A stretch of DNA of 32,000 nucleotides from Ignicoccus islandicus DSM 13165 (lineage in GTDB: Archaea > Thermoproteota > Thermoprotei_A > Sulfolobales > Ignicoccaceae): contig NZ_CP006867.1 in assembly GCF_001481685.1 (NCBI RefSeq), forward strand, positions 480,001-512,000, written 5' to 3'. The position numbers and the translations under genes were made by a program. Every line of letters starts with the position of its first letter. The first letter of the stretch is position 1. This document shows positions 1 through 7,378 of the stretch, piece by piece. Below the pieces are notes generated by a model. The model was not told the origin of the DNA. It worked only from the letters and a program-made list of their open reading frames with translations, and searched no databases.

Positions 1-440
1 CCTTGTAATCGCTTAAGCCGTCTCCATCTGTATCGATCTTCAAAGGATCGCATTTGTACTTAAGTACTTCGTCTCCATCGCTCAAACCGTCCCTATCGGA
101 ATCTCGATCTAAAGGATTGGTTCCATATATTAGTTCCTCCCCGTCCTTCAATCCGTCTCCGTCGGTATCGGGGTTCCTTGGATCGGTTTTGAGCGAAATT
201 TCCTTCCCATCGCTCAACCCGTCTCCGTCAGTATCCGGTTTCAGTGGATCAATTCCGAGAATGAGTTCCGTTTTGTCCCTAACGTCGTCTCCATCGGTAT
301 CGACCTTAGATGGATCGGTCCGATAAACTACTACTTCCTCGTAGTCGTTGAGGCCGTCTCCGTCAGTGTCTACCTTCGCGTCGCTGCTTCCCTTAAGGCC
401 CTCTAGGAAGCTATTCAATCCGTCTCCATCAGCATCGCTA
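1..440 (-). repeat. Degenerate coding tandem repeat of about 66-69 nt (22-23 aa) that encodes the DTDGDGLSD Ca-binding motifs
   Basis: The plus-strand core CCGTCTCC(A/G)TC recurs at about 18, 70, 153, 219, 285, 354 and 420. It is the reverse complement of GA(T/C)GGAGACGG, which encodes DGDG. Confidence 0.75.
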
Positions 441-994
441 TAGGGGTAGATCTTTGCGTAACCCCTGAGTTCGCCCCTATCGCTCAAAAGCTTTAGTTCC
501 AAGGTAGCGTTGCCTACTACCGTTAGGGAGAGCAGTCCGGGGAACTCCTCTTTACTCACTACGCCTCCGTTACTGATCGAATACTTAACTACGCAGTTCG
601 AACAATCGTATCCGAAAACTACCTTCGAGTAGTCTCCTACCCTTAACACGTTAATTGATACTGGACCGTAAGCGTAAACGTTGGTCGTCACCTCAATATC
701 GTAGGTTACTTCAGTAAGGAAACATTTCTCTGTAACCACTAAATGCGTTGAAGGTTTCAAGTACGTGAAAATTAGTAGTCCTTTACCTACCTTCTTAAGC
801 GTGGTATACTTGTAATTCTTGAAGTACAAATCGCATCCCTTTAGAGGTACGAAATTCTCTATTCCTTGAACTACCTTTACTTCACGCGTTTCACGGAACT
901 TCAGTATTCCAAAGTAGAACGACGTTACGATTGCCAAGAGCAATAAGGCTATCCCTACGAGCACTATTGTCGGTAGGACGCCTCTCTCAAGCAA
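1..994 (-). CDS. Membrane-anchored or secreted protein with tandem thrombospondin-type-3-like Ca-binding repeats. The N-terminus is in the window and the gene runs off the left edge.
   Basis: The minus-strand frame is open from TTG at 994 (alternative GTG at 964) to position 1. It is absent from the ORF track because it has no stop in the window. My translation starts LLERGVLPTIVLVGIALLLLAIVTSFYF, a hydrophobic anchor. About 140 aa of beta-rich sequence follows, then at least 6 repeats of DxDGDGLxD...DP. Confidence 0.7.
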   Translation of the reverse strand, partial: MLERGVLPTIVLVGIALLLLAIVTSFYFGILKFRETREVKVVQGIENFVPLKGCDLYFKNYKYTTLKKVGKGLLIFTYLKPSTHLVVTEKCFLTEVTYDIEVTTNVYAYGPVSINVLRVGDYSKVVFGYDCSNCVVKYSISNGGVVSKEEFPGLLSLTVVGNATLELKLLSDRGELRGYAKIYPYSDADGDGLNSFLEGLKGSSDAKVDTDGDGLNDYEEVVVYRTDPSKVDTDGDDVRDKTELILGIDPLKPDTDGDGLSDGKEISLKTDPRNPDTDGDGLKDGEELIYGTNPLDRDSDRDGLSDGDEVLKYKCDPLKIDTDGDGLSDYK

Positions 995-1038
995 CCTATG
1001 TTCACGTCGGTATCTTAAACCAGAGAGAGTACTAAGTT

Positions 1039-1521
1039 TTACTTCTTTACCTTTTGTACTACTTCAATTCTCTCTATCCACGTTTCAGGGTACTGTCCCT
1101 CTAGATCCTTCTCGTATTTTTTAACCATATCCCAAATATTGAGAAGAGCAGTGCTTACGGCAGTTAACGCTTCCATTTCAACGCCGGTCTTTTCCGTTGC
1201 CTTGACCTTAACTCTAACCTTTAGTCTATTCTCATCCAATCTCTCATACTTAACACCAACGTATGTTATCCTAATTGGGTGACAGAAGGGCAAGAGGGAC
1301 GGAGTGGCCTTAGCCGCGTTTATCGCTACTGCCTTAGTTATCTCGAAAACGTTCCCCTTTTCTATTTCGCCTTCATATATTCTATCCAGTGTCTCTTTCT
1401 TGAGCCTTATAATTCCTTCCGCTATCGCTTCCCTATAAACAACTTCCTTTCCGGTAATGTCAACCATGCCTTCCAAGGCGCTCCTACCTCCTGAACTGGA
1501 CCGTATGCAAATGCGTTTCAC
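1039..1521 (-). CDS. moaC: Cyclic pyranopterin monophosphate synthase MoaC
   Basis: MVDITGKEVVYREA...FCHPIRITYVGV...KTGVEMEALTAVSTALLNIWDM is a typical MoaC sequence. The GTG start at 1521 lies 4 nt after the upstream permease stop. An internal ATG at 1467 is an alternative start. Confidence 0.85.
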   Translation of the reverse strand: MKRICIRSSSGGRSALEGMVDITGKEVVYREAIAEGIIRLKKETLDRIYEGEIEKGNVFEITKAVAINAAKATPSLLPFCHPIRITYVGVKYERLDENRLKVRVKVKATEKTGVEMEALTAVSTALLNIWDMVKKYEKDLEGQYPETWIERIEVVQKVKK

Positions 1522-1525
1522 TTGT

Positions 1526-2563
1526 CTATATCAGTTCGCTTCTTAGTATTAGGAGAGCTAAGGAGAGGCCCCCCATCGTTGAAAGGAAGGCGCCTACGGG
1601 CAGTGAACCGTATGGCGTCTCTACGTAGCTACTTAAGGCGTCTGATGTCATCATTACAGTCGATGCAATTAAAAACGTAGTAAATATTTCATAGTAGGGC
1701 TCTAGGGGACACAATCTCTTTCCTATGTTCGCTGATATTAGGCCCAAGAACGGTAGAATGCCACAACAACCCGTTACCGAGCCAGCTCCTATAGACGCAA
1801 CGATGACGCTCTTAGCCAAGGTCCTTTCCGGTTTTATCCCTAGGCTCCTAGCGAAATCTTCCCCGAAGCCGACTGCAGTGGCCTCATCGATTAGAGCAAT
1901 TGAACCAACTAACGCTAGAACTGAAGCTATTGCCAGACTGAAAGCAGTGCTTCGATCTACGTATTCCGTCGTCCCCAGAAGCAAAGGCAAGAAAGGTCTA
2001 TTGAGAGATGAGGCTACCAAGTAGGCCAAGAGAGAGGAAAGGCCTTGTAGGGAAATGGAGATAGCTAGGCCCATAATTAGCGCCTTAGAGGCACCTCCTC
2101 TAAGGGACGCGAACGCAACGAACGTGCCAACTATTAGAGAGCCGAGGAAGCCCAGCGCAAAGGACGTGCTTTGTTGGAGGGCAATTAAGCCGAATATCAA
2201 TGCCCCCAAGGAAATGAACAAGAAGGCGCCCGAAAGAGTACCTAAGACGTATGGGTCGACTAAGTCGTTCGAAAGCTCCTTTTGAAGTAAGAGCGTTGGT
2301 AAAGCCAAGGACAAGGAAATTAGGTTATCCACTATAACTCTTTGAATTCGTATTTCTAAGACTACTCCCGAGAGCTGGAGAGGGTTCGCGAATCCGCTAC
2401 CGCCTAGGCTCAAGGAAGAAAAGAAGGAGGCTAGCCAGAGCAATACAAGCCAGATGGATCTTTTACAAGCGCGTGGAGAGCCTTTAGTAGTATCCATGGC
2501 GCTTGACTTATCCGAGGTCCCGGTCTCTGAACGACGTCCGCGTACGTTCCATAGATTACGCAT
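1526..2563 (-). CDS. ABC transporter permease of the FecCD family (iron-siderophore/cobalamin type)
   Basis: The protein is multi-pass hydrophobic with a FecCD-like GILPFLGLISANIGKRL segment. The real start is probably ATG 2497 (MDTTKGS...), because the longest ORF overlaps the binding-protein gene. Confidence 0.75.
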   Translation of the reverse strand: MRNLWNVRGRRSETGTSDKSSAMDTTKGSPRACKRSIWLVLLWLASFFSSLSLGGSGFANPLQLSGVVLEIRIQRVIVDNLISLSLALPTLLLQKELSNDLVDPYVLGTLSGAFLFISLGALIFGLIALQQSTSFALGFLGSLIVGTFVAFASLRGGASKALIMGLAISISLQGLSSLLAYLVASSLNRPFLPLLLGTTEYVDRSTAFSLAIASVLALVGSIALIDEATAVGFGEDFARSLGIKPERTLAKSVIVASIGAGSVTGCCGILPFLGLISANIGKRLCPLEPYYEIFTTFLIASTVMMTSDALSSYVETPYGSLPVGAFLSTMGGLSLALLILRSELI

Positions 2564-3366
2564 ATTCGCTTTGCCCTTAGGCCCAAGGCTTTAGCATCTT
2601 TAACGGCCCCTTGCGGATCAATTCCTTTCCCACTCAATAATATTACTACGTCCGCATTTAATGATAGGAGTTTCTCTTTGGTTATCCTAGGCCACCCTAG
2701 TTGTCCTATGAGGTTTACGGCGTTCAGCTTATTGACTAAATCGCTAATGAAAGTTCCATTGCCTACCGCATAGATGCCCCAGGAGAACGGGTAGAAGAGA
2801 ATTACTACTTTCACTAATGGATATTTCAAGGATTCCTCTGAGGCCTTGGTTACGTTCTCCTCGATCCATTTAACTACTTCCCCTGCCCTATCGAGTTCGC
2901 CGATAGCCTTTCCAATTAGGGTTAAATCGCGCTCTATACAGCCTATCGAGTCACACGCGCCTCCCTTTGTAAAGAGGACTGGGAAGCCTAGTTCGTTGAG
3001 TTTGCCTATCATCCTTAGGTCAGCGCCTTCATCAGCTATTACGAGGTCCGGTTCCAGTAAAGCTATTTTTTCTATATTGGGCATCCAGAACGTTCCTATG
3101 ATCGTTACCCTACCACTCCCGGTCGCGTTAACCAATTGAGCTGGCCAATCGACTGGTTGAACGGTTGCTACGAGTTTCGAACAGTTCATTACACATACGC
3201 TCTCCGCAATGGCCGGCGTTAGGGCGATGACCTTCTTAGGAGGGTAATTAAATATAGTTACGTTCCTCCCGAGCGCGTCAATTAACGTAATGGGTGAGGA
3301 GGACACAATTACAATGGCTAGCGTTGGGATAGCTATCAGAAGGATAAGCGGGATTGTTAATCTCAC
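2431..3366 (-). CDS. ABC transporter substrate-binding protein (periplasmic-binding-protein family, Fe3+-siderophore/B12 type)
   Basis: It has an N-terminal anchor MRLTIPLILLIAIPTLAIVIV. Motifs KKVIALTPAIAE, LEPDLVIAD and ADVVILLSG are typical of this family. The GTG start at 3366 is preceded by GGTGA. Confidence 0.75.
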   Translation of the reverse strand: MRLTIPLILLIAIPTLAIVIVSSSPITLIDALGRNVTIFNYPPKKVIALTPAIAESVCVMNCSKLVATVQPVDWPAQLVNATGSGRVTIIGTFWMPNIEKIALLEPDLVIADEGADLRMIGKLNELGFPVLFTKGGACDSIGCIERDLTLIGKAIGELDRAGEVVKWIEENVTKASEESLKYPLVKVVILFYPFSWGIYAVGNGTFISDLVNKLNAVNLIGQLGWPRITKEKLLSLNADVVILLSGKGIDPQGAVKDAKALGLRAKRICVIYGTYADVVQRPGPRISQAPWILLKALHALVKDPSGLYCSG

Positions 3367-3412
3367 GATTTCACCGGGGTGGCGAGGGTTGCTGAGAAAT
3401 ATGTAAATGTAA

Positions 3413-3535
3413 TGGGTCCCGGCACGGGGCGGCTGCGGCGCCTCTCGGACGCCACTGCCTAACCCCGCGCGACCGGCTTAACTTCCGGGTTCGATATGGG
3501 TCCGGGTGTTGCCCGGTCGCTGTGGCCGGGACCCG
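3413..3535 (-). rRNA. rrf: 5S ribosomal RNA, stand-alone
   Basis: The minus strand reads GGGTCCCGGCCACAGCGACCGGGCAACACCCGGACCCATATCGAACCCGGAAGTTAAGCCGGTCGCGCGGGG...GTGCCGGGACCC. The core CAACACCCGGAC.CAU.UCGAACCCGGAAGUUAAGCC matches crenarchaeal 5S. The terminal helix GGGTCCCGGC/GCCGGGACCC closes the molecule. The GC spike contrasts with the flanking sequence. Confidence 0.93.
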
Positions 3536-3555
3536 TCTTAGCTCCCTACGGGGTC

Positions 3556-3565
3556 TCTTTATTTT
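3556..3565 (-). promoter_or_regulatory. Candidate TATA box of the 5S rRNA gene, overlapping the fni stop codon
   Basis: The minus strand reads AAAATAAAGA, centred about 26 nt upstream of the inferred 5S 5' end at 3534/3535. Confidence 0.4.
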
Positions 3566-4656
3566 CTTTTCGGTTTGTTCGATCCCAACCAATATTCGTA
3601 GAGGCCTCTCTCTATAATCCACTCTTTAAGTGGACCGAATATTACCGCCTTTCCTTTTATCTCTTCGGCGTTCGGACTAGACGTTAAGAATAGAGCTGCT
3701 TTTATCGCTATCATCATTGCCTTCATGAACTTCCTTAACTCCTCTTTCCCGGCATAGGCTGCCTTGAGAGCAGGTAGCGCTACTCCAACTACGTCTGCAC
3801 CTAGCGCTAGCGCCTTCGCTGCTTCCATACCATTTCTAATTCCACCGGACCCTATTATTATCGAGTTTGGAGCCGCAGTCCTAACTTCCATTATGGAAGC
3901 GGCAGTGGGAATTCCCCAGTCGCTTAACCAGGAAGCCGCTAAGCCCAACTCTTCCTCGCCCTTCTCGTATGCTCTATACATTTCGACTTTCACCCAGCTG
4001 GTTCCGCCACAACCGGAAACGTCGAAGGCTTGGATACCCACTTCATTGAATGCCTTTGCGGTTTCGTAATCTATTCCAGCTCCGGTTTCCTTAATTATTA
4101 CCGGCGTGTCTAACTCATCGACGATTTCTGCGACTTTGTCTATTATTCCCTTGAAGTCAACATCGCCTTCTGGCTGGAAGGCTTCTTGGGCAGCGTTCAA
4201 GTGTATCGCTATTGCATCAGCGTCGATCATTTCTATTGCTTTTTTAATTTCAGTTACGCCGTAACCCTTCAATAACTGAGGCGCGCCTATGTTTGCTATG
4301 AGTAAAGCGTTAGGGGCCTTTTCCCTCGCTATTCTATATGTCCAAGAAAGCGAGGGGTCCTCTATAGCAGCCCTCTGGCTGCCTACCCCCATTCCCAGTC
4401 CCAATTCCTCAACGACTTCCGCAATGGTCGCGTTTATCTTGGCGCTATGCTCGTTGCCACCAGTCATCCCAGTTACGATAATTGGTGCGTTAAGCGTTTT
4501 GCCGAATAGTTCGATTCGCGTGTCCACTTCGTTGAGGTCGAGTTCCGGTGCAGCGCGGTGAATCAATTTAACGTACTTAAACCAAGTATCCCCGGCCTCT
4601 ACGTCGTTCAGTAAAGTAATCCTCAGGTGATCTAGCTTTCTGGTCCTAGTTTCCAT
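3559..4656 (-). CDS. fni: Isopentenyl-diphosphate delta-isomerase, type 2 (FMN-dependent)
   Basis: KLDHLRI...APIIVTGMTGG...VGSQRAA...IIKETGAGI...GGIRNG are hallmark type-2 IDI motifs. The length is 365 aa. Confidence 0.9.
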   Translation of the reverse strand: METRTRKLDHLRITLLNDVEAGDTWFKYVKLIHRAAPELDLNEVDTRIELFGKTLNAPIIVTGMTGGNEHSAKINATIAEVVEELGLGMGVGSQRAAIEDPSLSWTYRIAREKAPNALLIANIGAPQLLKGYGVTEIKKAIEMIDADAIAIHLNAAQEAFQPEGDVDFKGIIDKVAEIVDELDTPVIIKETGAGIDYETAKAFNEVGIQAFDVSGCGGTSWVKVEMYRAYEKGEEELGLAASWLSDWGIPTAASIMEVRTAAPNSIIIGSGGIRNGMEAAKALALGADVVGVALPALKAAYAGKEELRKFMKAMMIAIKAALFLTSSPNAEEIKGKAVIFGPLKEWIIERGLYEYWLGSNKPKRK

Positions 4657-4739
4657 AATTTGCCTACCTTCTCATTGAAACATCGAGGAAGCTATATGAA
4701 GGTCGCTATGATTCCGTAACTTAAGGATTTTAGAACTAT

Positions 4740-5906
4740 TTGCGCAACGCGAGATTAAGGGGAACGACCTCGAAGGACTACGAGACTAAAGTAATTGAAG
4801 AAAGCGTCAGAGCTATTGAGAAATTACTACCGATAGCGTTGGAGAAGAAGGGAAAAGACGTTATTAAGGTAATGCACGTATGCGGAACCCATGAACATAC
4901 TGTGACTCACAACGGTCTCAGGAGCCTGGTTCCACCTCAGCTGGAGATAATTGCCGGACCGGGTTGTCCAGTTTGCATAACCCCCGCTTCGGCCGTAGAC
5001 GAAATGATAAAGCTCTCCCTTGAAGGAGTTCGAGTATACGCTTACGGCGACGTTTACAAGCTACCGGGGACGAAGGGAAGTTTAGCTACTGCTAGGGCGA
5101 GAGGCGGAGACGTAAAGGTCGTTTACGGTTTTCTAGACGCAATGAAAGACGCAAGGGAACACGGCAAAGAAGCCGTTTTCTTCGGAGTGGGTTTCGAAAC
5201 AACTGTTCCAACGGTTGCGTCTCCGGTGTATTTAGGAAAGGTTCCCGAGAACTTAAAGATATTCTCAGTATATAGATTAACTGCTCCGGGGCTCGATAAA
5301 GCGTTGGAAGCTCACAAGGACCTAGGCGTACCTCTTGATGGAATAATTGCTCCGGGTCACGTTTCATCGATTATAGGTGCGAACGCGTGGAAGTATCTAC
5401 CAGAGAAATACGGGTTACCTACAGTTGTAGCGGGTTTCGAAGCGTACGATTACATGGTAGCTCTAGTTTGGTTATTAAAGCAGATAGTGAAGGGCGAAGC
5501 TAGACTGGAGAACGAGTATTCGAGGGTAGTAAAACCAGAAGGCAACGTGATCGCATGGAAGAGGGTTAACGAAGTGTTCTATGTAACGGATGCCTATTGG
5601 AGAGGGATAGGCGTCCTACCGAATAGCGGCTTAGAATTTAGGGACGCATACTCTAAGTACGATGCTTCAAAGGAGTATGGTCTCGAAGTGAAACCGACTG
5701 AACGGGAGCTACCGCCGGGATGCAAGTGCGCTCAAATAAACTTGGGAATAGCTAAACCTACCGATTGTCCTCATTTCAAGAAGACTTGTACGCCTACCAA
5801 TCCCATTGGTCCGTGTATGGTGAGCGATGAAGGTACGTGCGCTATATGGGCTAAGTTCGGAGGAGGAGAACTCATAAGGACGCTCGCGAAAGAATTGGGG
5901 CTCTGA
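4740..5906 (+). CDS. hypD: [NiFe]-hydrogenase maturation protein HypD
   Basis: MHVCGTHEHT, GPGCPVCITP, FFGVGFETT and the C-terminal Cys-rich PGCKCAQI...CTPTNPIGPCMVSDEGTC are HypD signatures. The start is TTG. Confidence 0.9.
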   Translation: MRNARLRGTTSKDYETKVIEESVRAIEKLLPIALEKKGKDVIKVMHVCGTHEHTVTHNGLRSLVPPQLEIIAGPGCPVCITPASAVDEMIKLSLEGVRVYAYGDVYKLPGTKGSLATARARGGDVKVVYGFLDAMKDAREHGKEAVFFGVGFETTVPTVASPVYLGKVPENLKIFSVYRLTAPGLDKALEAHKDLGVPLDGIIAPGHVSSIIGANAWKYLPEKYGLPTVVAGFEAYDYMVALVWLLKQIVKGEARLENEYSRVVKPEGNVIAWKRVNEVFYVTDAYWRGIGVLPNSGLEFRDAYSKYDASKEYGLEVKPTERELPPGCKCAQINLGIAKPTDCPHFKKTCTPTNPIGPCMVSDEGTCAIWAKFGGGELIRTLAKELGL

Positions 5907-5924
5907 AGAATAGCTAAAATCACC

Positions 5925-5930
5925 TTTTTT
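5925..5930 (+). terminator. T6 tract, a candidate archaeal oligo-T terminator after hypD
   Basis: CACCTTTTTTCAG lies 19 nt after the hypD stop. Confidence 0.3.
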
Positions 5931-5941
5931 CAGTTTCCGAC

Positions 5942-6328
5942 TTGGAGGAAGAGATGACTTCCATTTCAGATGCTGCGAAGAAGTTCAAGTTACAACGGGT
6001 TAGCAAGGACGATGAAGAACTACTACTAATACCGAACTCTCCCTTCTACGTGGTCGTAAAGAAGGGGCCCGTGTTTAGAGTTAGAATTGGCGTTGATTGG
6101 GACAAAATGGAAGAAATCGCTCAAGAGATGATAGATGAAGGGGAAGACAAGGAAGACGTATTGGACGTTATGGATGACTTACTAGATGAAGCATTGAAAA
6201 TAGCCTACGACGTCATTAAATCTCTTGAAAGGGAAGGAAAGGAGGTTAAATCCGAGCTAACTTCATCTATAATGGATATCAAAGATGAAATGATTGACCG
6301 CTTAGAGTACTTGGAGGAAGTGTCTTGA
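5942..6328 (+). CDS. Hypothetical acidic protein
   Basis: The ORF is 128 aa and D/E-rich with coding-like composition. The likely start is ATG 5954 (MTSISDAAKKF). Its stop overlaps the trm56 start (TTGA). I recognise no family. Confidence 0.5.
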   Translation: MEEEMTSISDAAKKFKLQRVSKDDEELLLIPNSPFYVVVKKGPVFRVRIGVDWDKMEEIAQEMIDEGEDKEDVLDVMDDLLDEALKIAYDVIKSLEREGKEVKSELTSSIMDIKDEMIDRLEYLEEVS

Positions 6329-6879
6329 AGGTTTACGTGCTTCGAATAGGGCATAGACCTGAGAGGGACAAAAGGATAACGACTCACGTAGCACTGGTAG
6401 CGAGAGCCTTTGGAGCTAGCGGTTTCTTGCTCAATCCATGTGACGAAAAGATAATAGAGAAAATAAGGGAGACTGAGTCCAGATGGGGTCGTTTCTTAGA
6501 AGAGATAGAATGTGTTAGATCGCCACTAGATTACGTTAGGAAATGGAAAGAGTCGCGCGGAAAGGTAGTTCACCTAACTATGTATGGAATGAAGCTCGAC
6601 GAAGCAATAGAAGAGATAAAGGATACCAAGAGCGATCTATTGCTAATAGTGGGTGCAGAGAAAGTTCCCAGGGAATACTATGATCTCGCCGATTGGAACG
6701 TTTCTGTAGGTAACCAGCCACACTCGGAGGTGGCAGCGTTAGCCGTTTTCTTGGACAGGTTGTTTGATGGTAAGGAGCTCTACAGAGAGCCTGCGAACCC
6801 TCAAATTAAGATAGTTCCTTCGAGAAGGGGAAAAAGGGTGGTTAAAGGAAGTGAAGACTCCGAAGGAGCTTCTAGATGA
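6325..6879 (+). CDS. trm56: tRNA (cytidine56-2'-O)-methyltransferase aTrm56 (SPOUT class)
   Basis: The N-terminus VYVLRIGHRPERDKRITTHVALVARAFGA and GNQPHSEVAALAVFLDRL are characteristic of archaeal Trm56. Confidence 0.8.
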   Translation: MKVYVLRIGHRPERDKRITTHVALVARAFGASGFLLNPCDEKIIEKIRETESRWGRFLEEIECVRSPLDYVRKWKESRGKVVHLTMYGMKLDEAIEEIKDTKSDLLLIVGAEKVPREYYDLADWNVSVGNQPHSEVAALAVFLDRLFDGKELYREPANPQIKIVPSRRGKRVVKGSEDSEGASR

Positions 6880-7378
6880 GTTGCTGAAGTTCATTGAAAA
6901 ATTGGCTGGAAAAGAAGGAGTAATGGTATTCAAGGAGTTAATGAAATACGACGGGGTAACGGAAGAACAAATTGCAGACGACTTAGGCATGAAGGTCAAT
7001 GACGTCCGAAAGGTATTGTACAAATTCGAAGAGTATGGCTTAGTTAAGAGCTATAAGGAAAAAGAAGACGAAAACAATCAAATATACTACCTTTGGAGAA
7101 TAGAGAGAGATACGCTTAACCAGTCTCTATTGCTCCTCAAGAAGGAGGTCTTGAAGAAACTCGAAGAGAAGTTAGAGGATGAAGAAAACGAAGTTTACTT
7201 CTATTGTCCTAAGGACTTCACTAGATTAAGGTACTCGGAAGCAATGCTCTATGATTTCACTTGTCCTAAGTGTGGGACTCCCCTTGAGATGGACGAAGAT
7301 AACTTATCGAAGGTAATTCTCAAGAAATACGTAAATAAGCTCAAAGAGGAAATTGAAAATGAAGAAAAGTCTCTTTGA
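6851..7378 (+). CDS. tfe: Transcription factor E alpha subunit (TFE, TFIIE-alpha homologue)
   Basis: The winged-helix part reads VTEEQIADDLGMKVNDVRKVLYKFEEYGLV...YYLWRI. The C-terminal Zn-ribbon-like part reads YFYCPKD...FTCPKCGTPL. The start is GTG. Confidence 0.8.
   Translation: MKTPKELLDELLKFIEKLAGKEGVMVFKELMKYDGVTEEQIADDLGMKVNDVRKVLYKFEEYGLVKSYKEKEDENNQIYYLWRIERDTLNQSLLLLKKEVLKKLEEKLEDEENEVYFYCPKDFTRLRYSEAMLYDFTCPKCGTPLEMDEDNLSKVILKKYVNKLKEEIENEEKSL

Noticed and set aside
54-326. 90-aa plus-strand ORF rich in S/P (SPSLKPSLSES...)
   Set aside because: It is the antisense mirror of the DxDGDG repeat-coding minus-strand gene. Its low-complexity composition is dictated by the repeats on the other strand.
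3371-3687. Two overlapping ORFs (3371-3622 minus, 3496-3687 plus) with Arg/Pro/Gly-rich products
   Set aside because: Both lie across the GC-rich 5S rRNA gene and the fni 3' end, so they are composition artefacts.
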